Origin: Clostridia bacterium
Lineage (GTDB): Bacteria; Bacillota; Clostridia; Christensenellales; CAG-1252
Length of the DNA stretch: 64,000 bases
Reading direction: 5' to 3'
Assembly (NCBI GenBank): GCA_024685775.1
Contig: JAIKVL010000007.1
Coordinates: forward strand, 15,627 to 79,626
This document shows, in pieces, positions 16,177 through 25,798 of this stretch; the stretch's first letter is position 1, and each line of letters starts with the position of its first letter. A program made the translations under genes and the position numbers. A model generated the notes under the pieces. It was not told the DNA's origin, ran no database searches, and saw only the letters and a program-made list of their open reading frames with translations.

Positions 16177-18705
16177 ATGAAACTTTCATTTTCCACGAAG
16201 GGTTGGCATCACTCCTCCTTCGATGATTTTTGCGACTACGCCTGCGATCTCGGATTCGACGGCGTGGAACTTCATAACATCCATAATAAACTTTTTACCG
16301 ATAAAGACGGCGCGTTTCACGATTACGCCGCGGCGGCGACGCTTCGCAAACTGTACGAGAAGAAATTGTCGCTTCCCTGCATCGACGCGATCTGTGACGT
16401 TGCGACGGTAAACGGAAGGGAAGAAGCGATCGAAGAGATCGGGAAATGCGCGGAGATCGCGCAGAATCTTCATATCCCCTACGTCCGCGTTCGCGCCGAA
16501 GCGCACGAGGATGAGGCGCAAGCGGACGAGCGCGTTCGCTCGTTGATCGCGGAAGTCCTTCCGATCGCCGAAAAAGCGGGCGTGACCATCGTTATGGAAA
16601 CCGCGGGATTGTACGTCAGCAGCGCGCGTCTTCGCGATCTTTTGCAAAGCTTTGCCTGTGATTCTTTCGCCGCGCTTTGGAATTTCTCCGCCGCTTACTT
16701 CGGTTCGGGCGAGGCTCCCGAAAAAGTCATCGAGAACCTCGGCGCCTACGTTAAGCACGTTCACTTGAACGACGCGAAAAAGACCCGAGACGGCGCGATC
16801 GAGTACTCTCTCCTCGGAGAGGGCGATCTCCCCGTCAAGGATATGATGGCGGCGCTTTCTTCCGTCAATTACGACGGATTTATTTCCCTCGTCTGGCATC
16901 CGGATTGGTGCGGCGAACTCAAAGACATCGAGATCATTTTCGCGCAATTCGTCGGCTTTATGAAGCAATTCGGCGACACGGCGAAAGGAGAGAAGTCTTT
17001 ATACTGGAATCGCAGACATACCGGTAAATTCGTCTGGAAGAAGGAAATCTTGATCGACGAGACTTTCCCCGCCGTCCTCGACAGAATGTGCGAAGAGTTC
17101 CCCGATCAGTACGCATTTAAGTACACGACCCTCGATTACACGAGGACCTACGTCGAGTTCCGCAGAGACGTGGACGAATTCGCCCGCACCTTGATCGCGC
17201 TCGGCGTCAAAGCCGGATCGCACGTCGCCGTTTGGGCGTCCAACGTCCCACAATGGTATATCGCGTTTTGGGCGACCGTTAAAATCGGCGCCGTCCTCGT
17301 GACGGTCAACACGGCGTACAAGATCGCCGAGGTCGAATACCTTTTGAAGCAGTCCGACACGCACACGTTGATCATGACCGAAGGTTCGAAAGATTGTCAT
17401 TACGGCAAGATCATCGCGCAGCTTTGCCCCGAGCTTTCGGAAAAGAAACCTTCCGATCCGTTGCACGCAAAGCGTCTTCCTTTCCTCAGAAACGTCATTA
17501 CCGTCGGCTATCGTCAGCCCGGTTGCTTAACTTGGAGTCAAGCGATCAAACTCTCCGAAAAGGTCAAGCAGGAAGAGGTCTTGCGTATGGCGGCGGCGGT
17601 CAATAAACACGACGTCTGCAATATGCAGTACACGTCCGGAACGACGGGCTTCCCGAAGGGCGTCATGCTGACGCACTACAATATCGTAAATAACGGCAAG
17701 TCGATCGGCGACCGTATGGATCTTTCGACGGCGGACAGAATGATGATCCAAGTCCCGATGTTCCATTGCTTCGGAATGGTCCTCGCGATGACCGCGACGA
17801 TGACGCACGGCGGCACGCTTTTGCCCCTGCCGTACTTCTCGCCGAAACCCGCGCTCGCTTGCATCAATAACGAGCATATCACTGCGTTCCACGGCGTCCC
17901 GACGATGTTTATCGCGCTTCTCGAACACCCCGATTTCCCGAAGACGGACTTCTCGTATATGAGGACGGGCATTATGGCGGGTTCGCCTTGCCCGATTTCC
18001 GCGATGCAACAGGTCGTCGAGAAAATGAATATGAAAGAGATCACGATCGTCTACGGGCAGACCGAGGCTTCCCCGGGTTGCACGATGAGTTCGACGGACG
18101 ATCCGATCGAGATCCGCGTCGGGACGGTCGGCAGACCGCTTCCCGAAATCGAGTGCCGCATCGTAAATCCCGAGACGGGCGAAGATTGCCCCGACGAAGT
18201 TACGGGCGAATTCTTGGCGCGCGGCTATAACATTATGAAGGGATACTATAAGATGCCGAAAGCGACCGCGCAGGCGATCGATAAGGACGGCTGGCTCCAC
18301 ACGGGCGACCTCGCTTGCAGGACGAAAGAAGGGAACTTCCGCATTACGGGCAGGCTCAAAGATATGATCATTCGCGGCGGCGAAAACATCTATCCGAAAG
18401 AGATCGAGGAATTCATTTACACCCATCCGAAGGTCTCGGACGTTCAAGTCATCGGCGTCCCGGACGAGTCCTACGGCGAAGAGATCATGGCGTGTATCAT
18501 CCTGAAAGAGGGTGAGACGATGACCGCGGACGAGATGAAAGCCTATATCGGCGCGAATATGGCGCGCCATAAGGTCCCGAAGTACGTCGATTTCGTTACG
18601 TCCTTCCCGATGAACGCCGCGGGCAAGATCTTGAAGTATAAAATGCGCGAGGACGCGATCGCGAAACTCGGGCTTCAAAAAGCGAACAGCATCGAAACGG
18701 CTTGA
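16177..18705 (+). CDS. xylose isomerase-like (AP_endonuc_2) TIM barrel fused to acyl-CoA synthetase
   Basis: N-terminal GFDGVEL...VMET...HVHLND...GEG; C-terminal YTSGTTGFPKG, HTGDL, GRLKDMIIRGGENIYP, AGKILK. Confidence 0.88.
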   Translation: MKLSFSTKGWHHSSFDDFCDYACDLGFDGVELHNIHNKLFTDKDGAFHDYAAAATLRKLYEKKLSLPCIDAICDVATVNGREEAIEEIGKCAEIAQNLHIPYVRVRAEAHEDEAQADERVRSLIAEVLPIAEKAGVTIVMETAGLYVSSARLRDLLQSFACDSFAALWNFSAAYFGSGEAPEKVIENLGAYVKHVHLNDAKKTRDGAIEYSLLGEGDLPVKDMMAALSSVNYDGFISLVWHPDWCGELKDIEIIFAQFVGFMKQFGDTAKGEKSLYWNRRHTGKFVWKKEILIDETFPAVLDRMCEEFPDQYAFKYTTLDYTRTYVEFRRDVDEFARTLIALGVKAGSHVAVWASNVPQWYIAFWATVKIGAVLVTVNTAYKIAEVEYLLKQSDTHTLIMTEGSKDCHYGKIIAQLCPELSEKKPSDPLHAKRLPFLRNVITVGYRQPGCLTWSQAIKLSEKVKQEEVLRMAAAVNKHDVCNMQYTSGTTGFPKGVMLTHYNIVNNGKSIGDRMDLSTADRMMIQVPMFHCFGMVLAMTATMTHGGTLLPLPYFSPKPALACINNEHITAFHGVPTMFIALLEHPDFPKTDFSYMRTGIMAGSPCPISAMQQVVEKMNMKEITIVYGQTEASPGCTMSSTDDPIEIRVGTVGRPLPEIECRIVNPETGEDCPDEVTGEFLARGYNIMKGYYKMPKATAQAIDKDGWLHTGDLACRTKEGNFRITGRLKDMIIRGGENIYPKEIEEFIYTHPKVSDVQVIGVPDESYGEEIMACIILKEGETMTADEMKAYIGANMARHKVPKYVDFVTSFPMNAAGKILKYKMREDAIAKLGLQKANSIETA

Positions 18706-18724
18706 TCGTTTAAAGGAAAATGCT

Positions 18725-18758
18725 TTGCCGCTCTCTTTTCGGAGTGCGGCAACTTTTT
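18725..18758 (+). terminator. probable terminator after the TIM-ACS gene
   Basis: TTGCCGC...GCGGCAA stem then CTTTTT. Confidence 0.6.
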
Positions 18759-18778
18759 AAGAAGGAAAACGTTAGACT

Positions 18779-20059
18779 ATGGGGATCATCATCCTTTCCG
18801 TTTGCACGGTCGCGCTGTTTATTCTCTCGGTGCTTTTGAAGCCCGAGATCAAAATCGGAAAAATCAAGTTCGATAGCTTTTTTCTGTTCCCGCTCGTCGG
18901 CGCGATTCTTTGTCTGTCGCTCGGATATCTCCCGCTTTCCGATCTTATGTCCGCGCTGTTTTCGAAAGGGGAGATGAACCCTTTGAAGATCCTCGTTTTG
19001 TTCTTCTCGATGACCGTTATGAGCCTGTATTTGGACGAAGCGGGGTTTTTCCGTTACCTCGCGGCGAAGAGCGCGGGGTCGTCCGGGAAGCTCGGGTTTT
19101 TCATCCGAATCTACGCGCTCGTCTCCATTCTGACGATCTTTACTTCGAACGACGTCGTGATCTTGACCTTTACTCCGTTTATTTGCGCCTACGCGAAACG
19201 GCTTCGAATTTCGCCGTTCCCGTATCTTATGATGGAATTCGTCGCGGCGAACACTTGGAGTATGCTTTTCATCGTCGGCAATCCGACGAATATTTATATC
19301 GCCGCCTCGCTCGGCACGGATTTTTTCCATTACTTGAAGATTATGTTTCTCCCCGCGATCGCCGCGGGCGGCGTTTCTTTTCTCGCGCTGTTGCTTTTGT
19401 TCAAAAACGAATTGAAGGAGCGCGCCGAACTCGCGCCGATCGAAGAGAAGATCGAACTCGATAAACCCCTCGTCGCGCTCTCTTTGTCCGCTCTCGGGTT
19501 ATGCGTTCTCGCGCTCGTCGTCAGCTCCTTCCTGCCAAACGTTCAAATGTGGTATATTTCGCTCGGATTCGCGCTGCTCTTGACGGTGGTCGTCGCCGTC
19601 GTCCGCCTCGCAAGAAAGGAAAAAGCGAAGTATTTGTTCGCCGCGTATAAAAGGCTTCCGTATGCGATCGCGCCTTTTCTCGTGTCGATGTTTATCCTCG
19701 TCCTTGCGCTGAAAGAGCAAGGAGTAACGGCTAGAATCGCTTCTTTGATCCCGAATGAAGGGGAGATCTTTTCCTACGGCGGCATCTCCTATCTCGCCGC
19801 GAACCTTTTGAATAACATCCCGATGAGCGTCCTTTTCGCGGAGATCTGCCCGACTGCGGGCGCGAAGTTCGCCGCGATCGTTTCTTCGAATCTCGGCGCG
19901 CTCCTAACCCCCGTCGGCGCGCTCGCCGGCATTATGTTTACCAAGATCACCGCGACATACGGCGAAGAGATCAAGGTTTATAAATTCGTCCTTTGCGGCG
20001 CGGCGGTCTCCGTTCCCGCGCTTGCGGCGTCGCTCGGCGCGCTTCTCGTGACGCTGTAA
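18779..20059 (+). CDS. ArsB/NhaD (ion transporter superfamily) anion permease
   Basis: About 11-12 hydrophobic segments; SNDVVIL, VGNPTNI, NNIP, NLGALLTPVGALAGI. Confidence 0.85.
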   Translation: MGIIILSVCTVALFILSVLLKPEIKIGKIKFDSFFLFPLVGAILCLSLGYLPLSDLMSALFSKGEMNPLKILVLFFSMTVMSLYLDEAGFFRYLAAKSAGSSGKLGFFIRIYALVSILTIFTSNDVVILTFTPFICAYAKRLRISPFPYLMMEFVAANTWSMLFIVGNPTNIYIAASLGTDFFHYLKIMFLPAIAAGGVSFLALLLLFKNELKERAELAPIEEKIELDKPLVALSLSALGLCVLALVVSSFLPNVQMWYISLGFALLLTVVVAVVRLARKEKAKYLFAAYKRLPYAIAPFLVSMFILVLALKEQGVTARIASLIPNEGEIFSYGGISYLAANLLNNIPMSVLFAEICPTAGAKFAAIVSSNLGALLTPVGALAGIMFTKITATYGEEIKVYKFVLCGAAVSVPALAASLGALLVTL

Positions 20060-20109
20060 TCGTCGACTATTACCATTATCTCCGACATCTTCCCAAACGA
20101 ACCGCTGTT

Positions 20110-20135
20110 TTTCCGACTTTGTCGGAAATTTTTTT
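20110..20135 (+). terminator. Rho-independent terminator
   Basis: TTTCCGAC-ttt-GTCGGAAA plus T7. Confidence 0.65.
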
Positions 20136-20171
20136 CTGTGAAATTTTTTGAAAAAATATGTAAAAAAAGGA

Positions 20172-20200
20172 TTGACAAGCAATACTATGCATTGTACAAT
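20172..20200 (+). promoter_or_regulatory. sigma-A promoter of ABC exporter
   Basis: TTGACA-17-TACAAT. Confidence 0.8.
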
Positions 20201-20261
20201 ATGACGCATAAGGCAGTATGACGAGGCCGCCGAAGTGCGACCTTGGAAGAAGGAAAGGAAA

Positions 20262-22625
20262 ATGTTTTGGAGAGTGCTGAAAAAAGACTTAAAACGTAAA
20301 AAGACGATGAACGTGATCTTGCTTCTGTTCGTGATCTTATCCGCGACGTTCGCTTCGGCGTCGCTGAATAATATCATGGCGGTAACGGGCGGAGTGGAAT
20401 CCTTTTTCGACGTCGCGAACGTTCCCGACTTGTATCTTTCGATCCCCGAATCGTCCGATATGGATCAAAGGGTAAAAGAGATCCCCGGCGTCCGCGAAGT
20501 TAAGGTCGAGCATTACGTTATGATCATGAGTTCCAAGCACTTCGCTTTGAACGGAAATGCGCTCGACAACTTCATCAATCCGGCGTTAATGCTGTCCGAC
20601 GCGGAAATGGGAATCAACTATTTCGATGAGAACGATCGCTTGATTCGCGAGGTGGGGAAGGGCGGCTTTTACGCCACCGCGCCTTTTACGCAAAACAGAA
20701 AAGCGGAAAAAGGCGAACGCTACGAAGTGACGCTCGGCGATAAAACGATCTCTCTGACCTACCTCGGCAGATTCAAAGGCGCGCTTTTCAGCAACGAGGA
20801 AACTTCCTCTCCTTATTTGATCGTAAACCACGAGGACTTCGCCGAGTTTGCGACCGCGGGCGGCGCGACTTTCGGCGAATTGATGGTAAAAAGCGCCTAC
20901 GTTTACACGAGCGATCCCGAAGCGGTCATGGAATTCGTCAAAGAGGACGAGAGAATTTCCTTTGCGACGAGAAAGGAAATGAAGAGTCTGTATCTTTACG
21001 ATATGCTCGCGGCGTATATCCTGATGGCGATCAGCATTCTTCTGATGCTAACGGCGTTTTTCGTCCTTCGCTTTACGATTGGGTTCACGATGAGCGAGGA
21101 ATTCCGCGAGATCGGCGTAATGAAAGCGGTCGGGATCAAAAACGGAAGCATTCGCGGGCTTTACTTGATCAAATATCTCGCGCTTGCCCTCGTCGGAACG
21201 ATCATCGGATATTTCCTGTCGCTTCCGCTCGGAAAGATGATGATGCGGACGGTTACGGAAAATATGGTGGCGGGCGGCGCGAACAGCCGCGCGATCGGGC
21301 TTGTCGGCGCGGGCGCGGTCGTCCTCGTAATCCTGCTGTTCTGCTATGCTTGCACGCGTAAAGTCAACAAACTCTCCCCGATCGACGCGGTCAGAAGCGG
21401 CGAAACGGGCGAGAAATTTCGCAAGAAACGTCACTTGCGTCTCGGGCGTTCGAAGCTTCCGGAAAGCTGTTTTATGGCGGTAAACGATATCGTTTGCGCG
21501 CCGAAGCGATTCTCGGTCATAACGATCATTTTCGTCCTCTGTATGCTGATGATGACCCTTTTGTCGAATTTCGCGGCTACGCTGAGAAGCGACAAGATCT
21601 ATCGCTTTTTCGGGGTCCCGGAAAGCGACGTCACGATCAGCGACGTGGAATATTTCCAAAGCATTTTTTCCGATCCGAGTTCTTACCGTGAAGTCCTCGC
21701 GGACACCGAAAAACTGCTGGAAGAAAAGGATCTTCGCGGAACCTGCACGATGAGCTTCGGCGCGGCGTACGAGACGACCTTTAACGGGAAAAAATCTTCG
21801 ATCCTCTATTGGGTGACGAAAGGCGAGACGAAGGATCCCTTCCGCTGCGATAAAGGAAGAGCTCCGGCGCGCGCGGACGAGATCGCGATGACTTCCTTTG
21901 CCCTAAAAGAGCTCGGCGCGTCGATCGGCGATAAAGTGACGGCGACTCTCGGAAATCGGGTCTTCGAATTTACGATCACGGGGACTTTCTCGACCTTCCA
22001 AGGCGCGGGCTACGCGGCGACGCTATGGCGCGATTTCGAGCTCACGAGCGATATGCAGGCGTATTCCTCATTCGGCGTCCAGATCCTGTTTGACGGCGAC
22101 CCGAGCCGAAAAACCGTCGAACGGAATATTCGCATTCTGCGCGAGGCGATCGGCAGCGATAAGGTCTGCACGACCGCGGATATGATCAAAACCATGACGG
22201 GCGTTTCCGACACCTTGAACCTCATAAAGAAAATGATGATGATCCTGACCGCGATCGTAGGCGGGATGATCGTCGTCTTAATGGAGCGTAGCTTTATATC
22301 CAAAGAAAAGAGCGAGATCGCGCTTTTGAAAGCGGTCGGGGGCGGAAACGGCAGTATCGTCCTCAGGCACACGCTGCGCTTCGTAATCGTCGCCCTCGTG
22401 GCGATCGCGCTGTCCCTCGCGGTTTTGATGCCGCTCGGCGATCTAATGATGGATGCGATCTGTTCGCTCATCGGCGACGTCTCGGGGCTTAAATGCGATT
22501 TCGTCCCGCTCGAAATCTTCGCGGTCTGTCCCGCGATCCTCCTCGGAGTTTCCGCGCTCGGGGCGTTCCTGACCGCGCTTTACACCAAAACGATCAAAGC
22601 ATCCGATACGGCGAGTATCGAATAG
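20262..22625 (+). CDS. FtsX/MacB-like ABC exporter permease (two repeats)
   Basis: EEFREIGVMKAVG and EKSEIALLKAVG FtsX motifs; SD AAGGAAAGGA; ATG 20262. Confidence 0.88.
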   Translation: MFWRVLKKDLKRKKTMNVILLLFVILSATFASASLNNIMAVTGGVESFFDVANVPDLYLSIPESSDMDQRVKEIPGVREVKVEHYVMIMSSKHFALNGNALDNFINPALMLSDAEMGINYFDENDRLIREVGKGGFYATAPFTQNRKAEKGERYEVTLGDKTISLTYLGRFKGALFSNEETSSPYLIVNHEDFAEFATAGGATFGELMVKSAYVYTSDPEAVMEFVKEDERISFATRKEMKSLYLYDMLAAYILMAISILLMLTAFFVLRFTIGFTMSEEFREIGVMKAVGIKNGSIRGLYLIKYLALALVGTIIGYFLSLPLGKMMMRTVTENMVAGGANSRAIGLVGAGAVVLVILLFCYACTRKVNKLSPIDAVRSGETGEKFRKKRHLRLGRSKLPESCFMAVNDIVCAPKRFSVITIIFVLCMLMMTLLSNFAATLRSDKIYRFFGVPESDVTISDVEYFQSIFSDPSSYREVLADTEKLLEEKDLRGTCTMSFGAAYETTFNGKKSSILYWVTKGETKDPFRCDKGRAPARADEIAMTSFALKELGASIGDKVTATLGNRVFEFTITGTFSTFQGAGYAATLWRDFELTSDMQAYSSFGVQILFDGDPSRKTVERNIRILREAIGSDKVCTTADMIKTMTGVSDTLNLIKKMMMILTAIVGGMIVVLMERSFISKEKSEIALLKAVGGGNGSIVLRHTLRFVIVALVAIALSLAVLMPLGDLMMDAICSLIGDVSGLKCDFVPLEIFAVCPAILLGVSALGAFLTALYTKTIKASDTASIE

Positions 22626-22636
22626 GAGAAAAGAAT

Positions 22637-23407
22637 ATGAATACCGTTTTACAATCCAAGGCACTTTGCAAATCTTACGTTTCCGATCATCACGCGCACG
22701 ACGTCCTGAAAAACGTCGACCTGACGATCCGAGAGGGCGAAATGGTCGCGATCATGGGGCCGTCAGGCTCGGGGAAAAGCACCTTGCTTTACTGCGTCTC
22801 GGGAATGGACAGACCTTCGTCGGGTTCGGTCGTCTTCAACGGACGCGAGATCGACAAACTCAAAGATAAGGAACTCGCGGTCGTTCGACTGGACGAAATG
22901 GGCTTTATTTTTCAGCAAATGTATATGATGAAAAATCTGTCCGTTCTCGATAATATCATCCTGCCCGCCGTTAAATCCAAAAAAGGAAAAGAAAGCCGCA
23001 AGGCGATCGAAGCGCGCGGCAAAGAATTGATGAAAAAACTCGGGATCGAGGACGTGTGGGATAAAGACATAAACGAAGTTTCCGGCGGTCAGCTCCAACG
23101 CGCGTGTATTTGTCGCAGTTTGATCAATAACCCGAAACTGATCTTCGCGGACGAACCGACGGGCGCTTTGAATCGCGCGAATTCGGACGAGGTGATGCGC
23201 GAACTGCTCGCGATCAACGCCGGCGGAACGACGATCCTTTTGGTTACGCACGATCCGAAGGTCGCCGCCAAGTGCGGTCGCGTCCTCTATATCGTGGACG
23301 GCGAGATCGTCGGCGAAATAGAGCCGGGTCGTTTCGAAGGGGGAGAGGAAGCGCTCCGCGAGCGCGAAAAATCCTTAAACGATTGGTTGATGGAGCGGGG
23401 CTGGTAA
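22637..23407 (+). CDS. ABC transporter ATP-binding subunit (LolD/MacB-like)
   Basis: GPSGSGKS, VSGGQLQR, IFADEPTG, VTHD; start MNTVLQ after SD AGGAG. Confidence 0.93.
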   Translation: MNTVLQSKALCKSYVSDHHAHDVLKNVDLTIREGEMVAIMGPSGSGKSTLLYCVSGMDRPSSGSVVFNGREIDKLKDKELAVVRLDEMGFIFQQMYMMKNLSVLDNIILPAVKSKKGKESRKAIEARGKELMKKLGIEDVWDKDINEVSGGQLQRACICRSLINNPKLIFADEPTGALNRANSDEVMRELLAINAGGTTILLVTHDPKVAAKCGRVLYIVDGEIVGEIEPGRFEGGEEALREREKSLNDWLMERGW

Positions 23408-23430
23408 AACCCGTTTTCGATAGGCGTTCG

Positions 23431-23473
23431 AAGAGAGGCGAGAGCGGAGTTTTCCCTTTGCGCCTCTCTTTTT
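23431..23473 (+). terminator. probable terminator after ABC ATPase
   Basis: AAGAGAGGCG...CGCCTCTCTT plus TTT. Confidence 0.6.
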
Positions 23474-23511
23474 GATAGACCTTTTTCGGGAAAGCGGTAT
23501 ATAATAAAAAT

Positions 23512-24858
23512 ATGATCGATTTGACAGCGGGAAAGCCCTATAAAGTTCTGTTGAGGTATATCTTGCCTCTCTTTTTGAGCATCGTCTTTCAGCAGGTCTA
23601 TAACATTGCGGACAGCGTCGTGGCGGGGCAATATATCGGCGAAGAAGCGCTCGCCGCGGTCGGCAACAGCTACGAAATCACTCTCGTCCTTTTGGCGTTC
23701 GCGTTCGGTTGCAATATGGGATCTTCGATCGTAACGGCGAAGAATTTCGGCGCGAAAAACTATACCGAAATGAAAAGCGCGATCCGAACTTCGCTTCTTT
23801 CGACCCTCGTCGTGACCCTCTCTTTGATGCTTGCGGGGTTTTTATCCGCGCGCCCGCTTCTCCTCGCTTTGAACACGCCCTCGGAGATCCTCGGCGACAG
23901 CCTCGCTTATCTTTATATCTACCTCGCGGGGCTTTTATTTCTCTTTTTCTATAACGTTTCGACGGGGATCTTCGCCGCGCTCGGCGATTCGATCACGCCT
24001 TTCATCTTCCTCGTCATCTCCTCGATTGCGAACGTCTTTATGGATATCCTGTTCGTCGCCGCGTTCAAAATGGGCGTTCGAGGGGTCGCATGGGCGACTT
24101 TTATCTGTCAAGGCGCAAGTTCGATCGCCGCGTTCTCCGTCCTTGTCTATCAGCTTCGCAAGGTGAAGACGCCCGAAAAACCGAAGTTTTTTTCCAAAGC
24201 GGCGCTCAAAGATTTCCTGCTCGTCGGGATTCCGAGCACGTTGCAGCAAAGTTTCGTCTCGGTCGGAAATATCGTCCTGCAAGGCTTGATCAATTCTTTC
24301 GGCACGCCGACGATCGCGGGTTACTCCGCGGCGGTCAAATTCAATAATTTCGCCGTTACGAGTATGCACCAAGTCGGAAACGGCGTCTCGAATTACACCG
24401 CGCAAAATCTCGCCGCGAAAAAACCGGAGCGAATAAAAAGCGGCTTCCGTTGGGGCTTTTTGATCGCGTCTTCGATCGGGCTTTTGTTCTTCTTCGGTTA
24501 TTTCTTTTTCAATCGGCAATTGATGCTTCTGTTCTTGAAGAAAAAGAGCGCGGAAGCGATCGGCGTCGGTCACGATTTCCTTTCGATCGTCTCCCCGTTT
24601 TACGCGATCATCGCGGTAAAGCTCGTCGCGGACGGCGTCCTGCGCGGCGCGGAAAAAATGGCGCGCTTTATGGTCAGCACCTTTACCGATCTCGCGCTCC
24701 GCGTCGGCTTGGCGTTCGCGCTTTCCTCGACCGCGCTCGGAGCCAAAGGCATCTGGTGGGCGTGGCCGATCGGATGGGGCGTCGCCCTCGTTATGTCCTA
24801 CGTTTTCTATCTTACGGTCGTTCACAAATCGTCGAAAAAAGGCGAATTGTCCGTTTAA
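23512..24858 (+). CDS. MATE family efflux transporter
   Basis: QQVYNIADSVVAGQYIG, ALGDSITP, LRGAEKM; 12 TM. Confidence 0.93.
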   Translation: MIDLTAGKPYKVLLRYILPLFLSIVFQQVYNIADSVVAGQYIGEEALAAVGNSYEITLVLLAFAFGCNMGSSIVTAKNFGAKNYTEMKSAIRTSLLSTLVVTLSLMLAGFLSARPLLLALNTPSEILGDSLAYLYIYLAGLLFLFFYNVSTGIFAALGDSITPFIFLVISSIANVFMDILFVAAFKMGVRGVAWATFICQGASSIAAFSVLVYQLRKVKTPEKPKFFSKAALKDFLLVGIPSTLQQSFVSVGNIVLQGLINSFGTPTIAGYSAAVKFNNFAVTSMHQVGNGVSNYTAQNLAAKKPERIKSGFRWGFLIASSIGLLFFFGYFFFNRQLMLLFLKKKSAEAIGVGHDFLSIVSPFYAIIAVKLVADGVLRGAEKMARFMVSTFTDLALRVGLAFALSSTALGAKGIWWAWPIGWGVALVMSYVFYLTVVHKSSKKGELSV

Positions 24859-24904
24859 TAAAAAGAATCAATAGTTGAAAACAATTAAAGAAATCGAATG
24901 TTTG

Positions 24905-25120
24905 TCAGATTGTTTCGGAAATGCCTAAAAAGTAGTCAGCCGAAACGCCGAACGCAAGAGACATTTTTTTCAATATGTCATATCCCGGTTTTGCTTTTCC
25001 TTTGAGCCATTCGCTGACTTGACTTTGTTTGACGCCGATTTTCAGCGCAAAAGCCGTTTGCGTCAACTCTTTTTGAAGAAGGAACTCTTCCAATATGTCT
25101 TTGAACTCCAATTCTTCCAT
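24905..25120 (-). CDS. XRE-family HTH transcriptional regulator
   Basis: LTQTAFALKIGVKQSQVSEWLKGKAKPGYDIL...VSADYFLG; AT-rich. Confidence 0.9.
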   Translation of the reverse strand: MEELEFKDILEEFLLQKELTQTAFALKIGVKQSQVSEWLKGKAKPGYDILKKMSLAFGVSADYFLGISETI

Positions 25121-25130
25121 ATCGTTATTG

Positions 25131-25182
25131 TATAGAAAAATCTATGGCAATGCTTGACATATAGAATATTCTATACTAATAT
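25131..25182. promoter_or_regulatory. divergent control region with two palindromic operators overlapping a promoter
   Basis: Perfect 16-bp palindrome TATAGAATATTCTATA 25160-25175 inside TTGACA(25154)-17-TAATAT; second copy TATAGAAAAATCTATG 25131-25146 (13/16). Confidence 0.75.
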
Positions 25183-25210
25183 ATAGCGGATCAAACGTGG
25201 AGAGGGCACA

Positions 25211-25708
25211 TTGAACGTTTTTCGAGTTTCGTTTATAGGACATAGAGAAGTGGAACGATTTTCGGATGTAGAAGAGCAAGTATCGAAACTTGTAGGAGAG
25301 CTGATCCGAACGAAAGAATTCGTCGAATTCTATATCGGCAGAAACGGAGAATTCGATCTGCAAGTCGCTTCAATCATTAAAAGAGAGCAACGGAACTATG
25401 GCTATGATAACAGTTCGTTGGTTTTGGTACTTCCGTATCCGATTTCCAATCTTGATGATATGGAATCGTACTATGATGAAGTTTGGTATCCTTCCGAATT
25501 ACAAAATGTTCATTATAAAGCGGCGATCGGAAAGAGAAACGAATGGTTTGTTAAGAATTCGGATGTACTTGTCGCTTATGTTGAAAAAGAAGAGGGAGGT
25601 GCATATCTTTGCGCGAAAAAGGCGTTGAAAGACGGCGTCGAGGTTAAGTGGATCGGGAAGGTTTCAGAATGCGACAAGTTGTTTTCGGAAACGATAAAGC
25701 AAATTTGA
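25211..25708 (+). CDS. SLOG-superfamily (YpsA/DUF1273-like) protein
   Basis: SFIGHR, FYIGRNGEFD, LVLPY, RNEWFVKNSDVLVAY...GGAY; TTG start with SD GGAGAGG. Confidence 0.75.
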   Translation: MNVFRVSFIGHREVERFSDVEEQVSKLVGELIRTKEFVEFYIGRNGEFDLQVASIIKREQRNYGYDNSSLVLVLPYPISNLDDMESYYDEVWYPSELQNVHYKAAIGKRNEWFVKNSDVLVAYVEKEEGGAYLCAKKALKDGVEVKWIGKVSECDKLFSETIKQI

Positions 25709-25745
25709 TAAAGGTGTCGAAACAAAAATGTATGATTGACAAAAG

Positions 25746-25776
25746 AAAAAACGGCGAACTGATTCGCCGTTTTTTT
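25746..25776. terminator. bidirectional terminator between SLOG gene and asd
   Basis: AAAAAACGGCGAA-ctga-TTCGCCGTTTTTT. Confidence 0.85.
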
Positions 25777-25798
25777 ATCGTTCGTTAAACGTTTTTGC

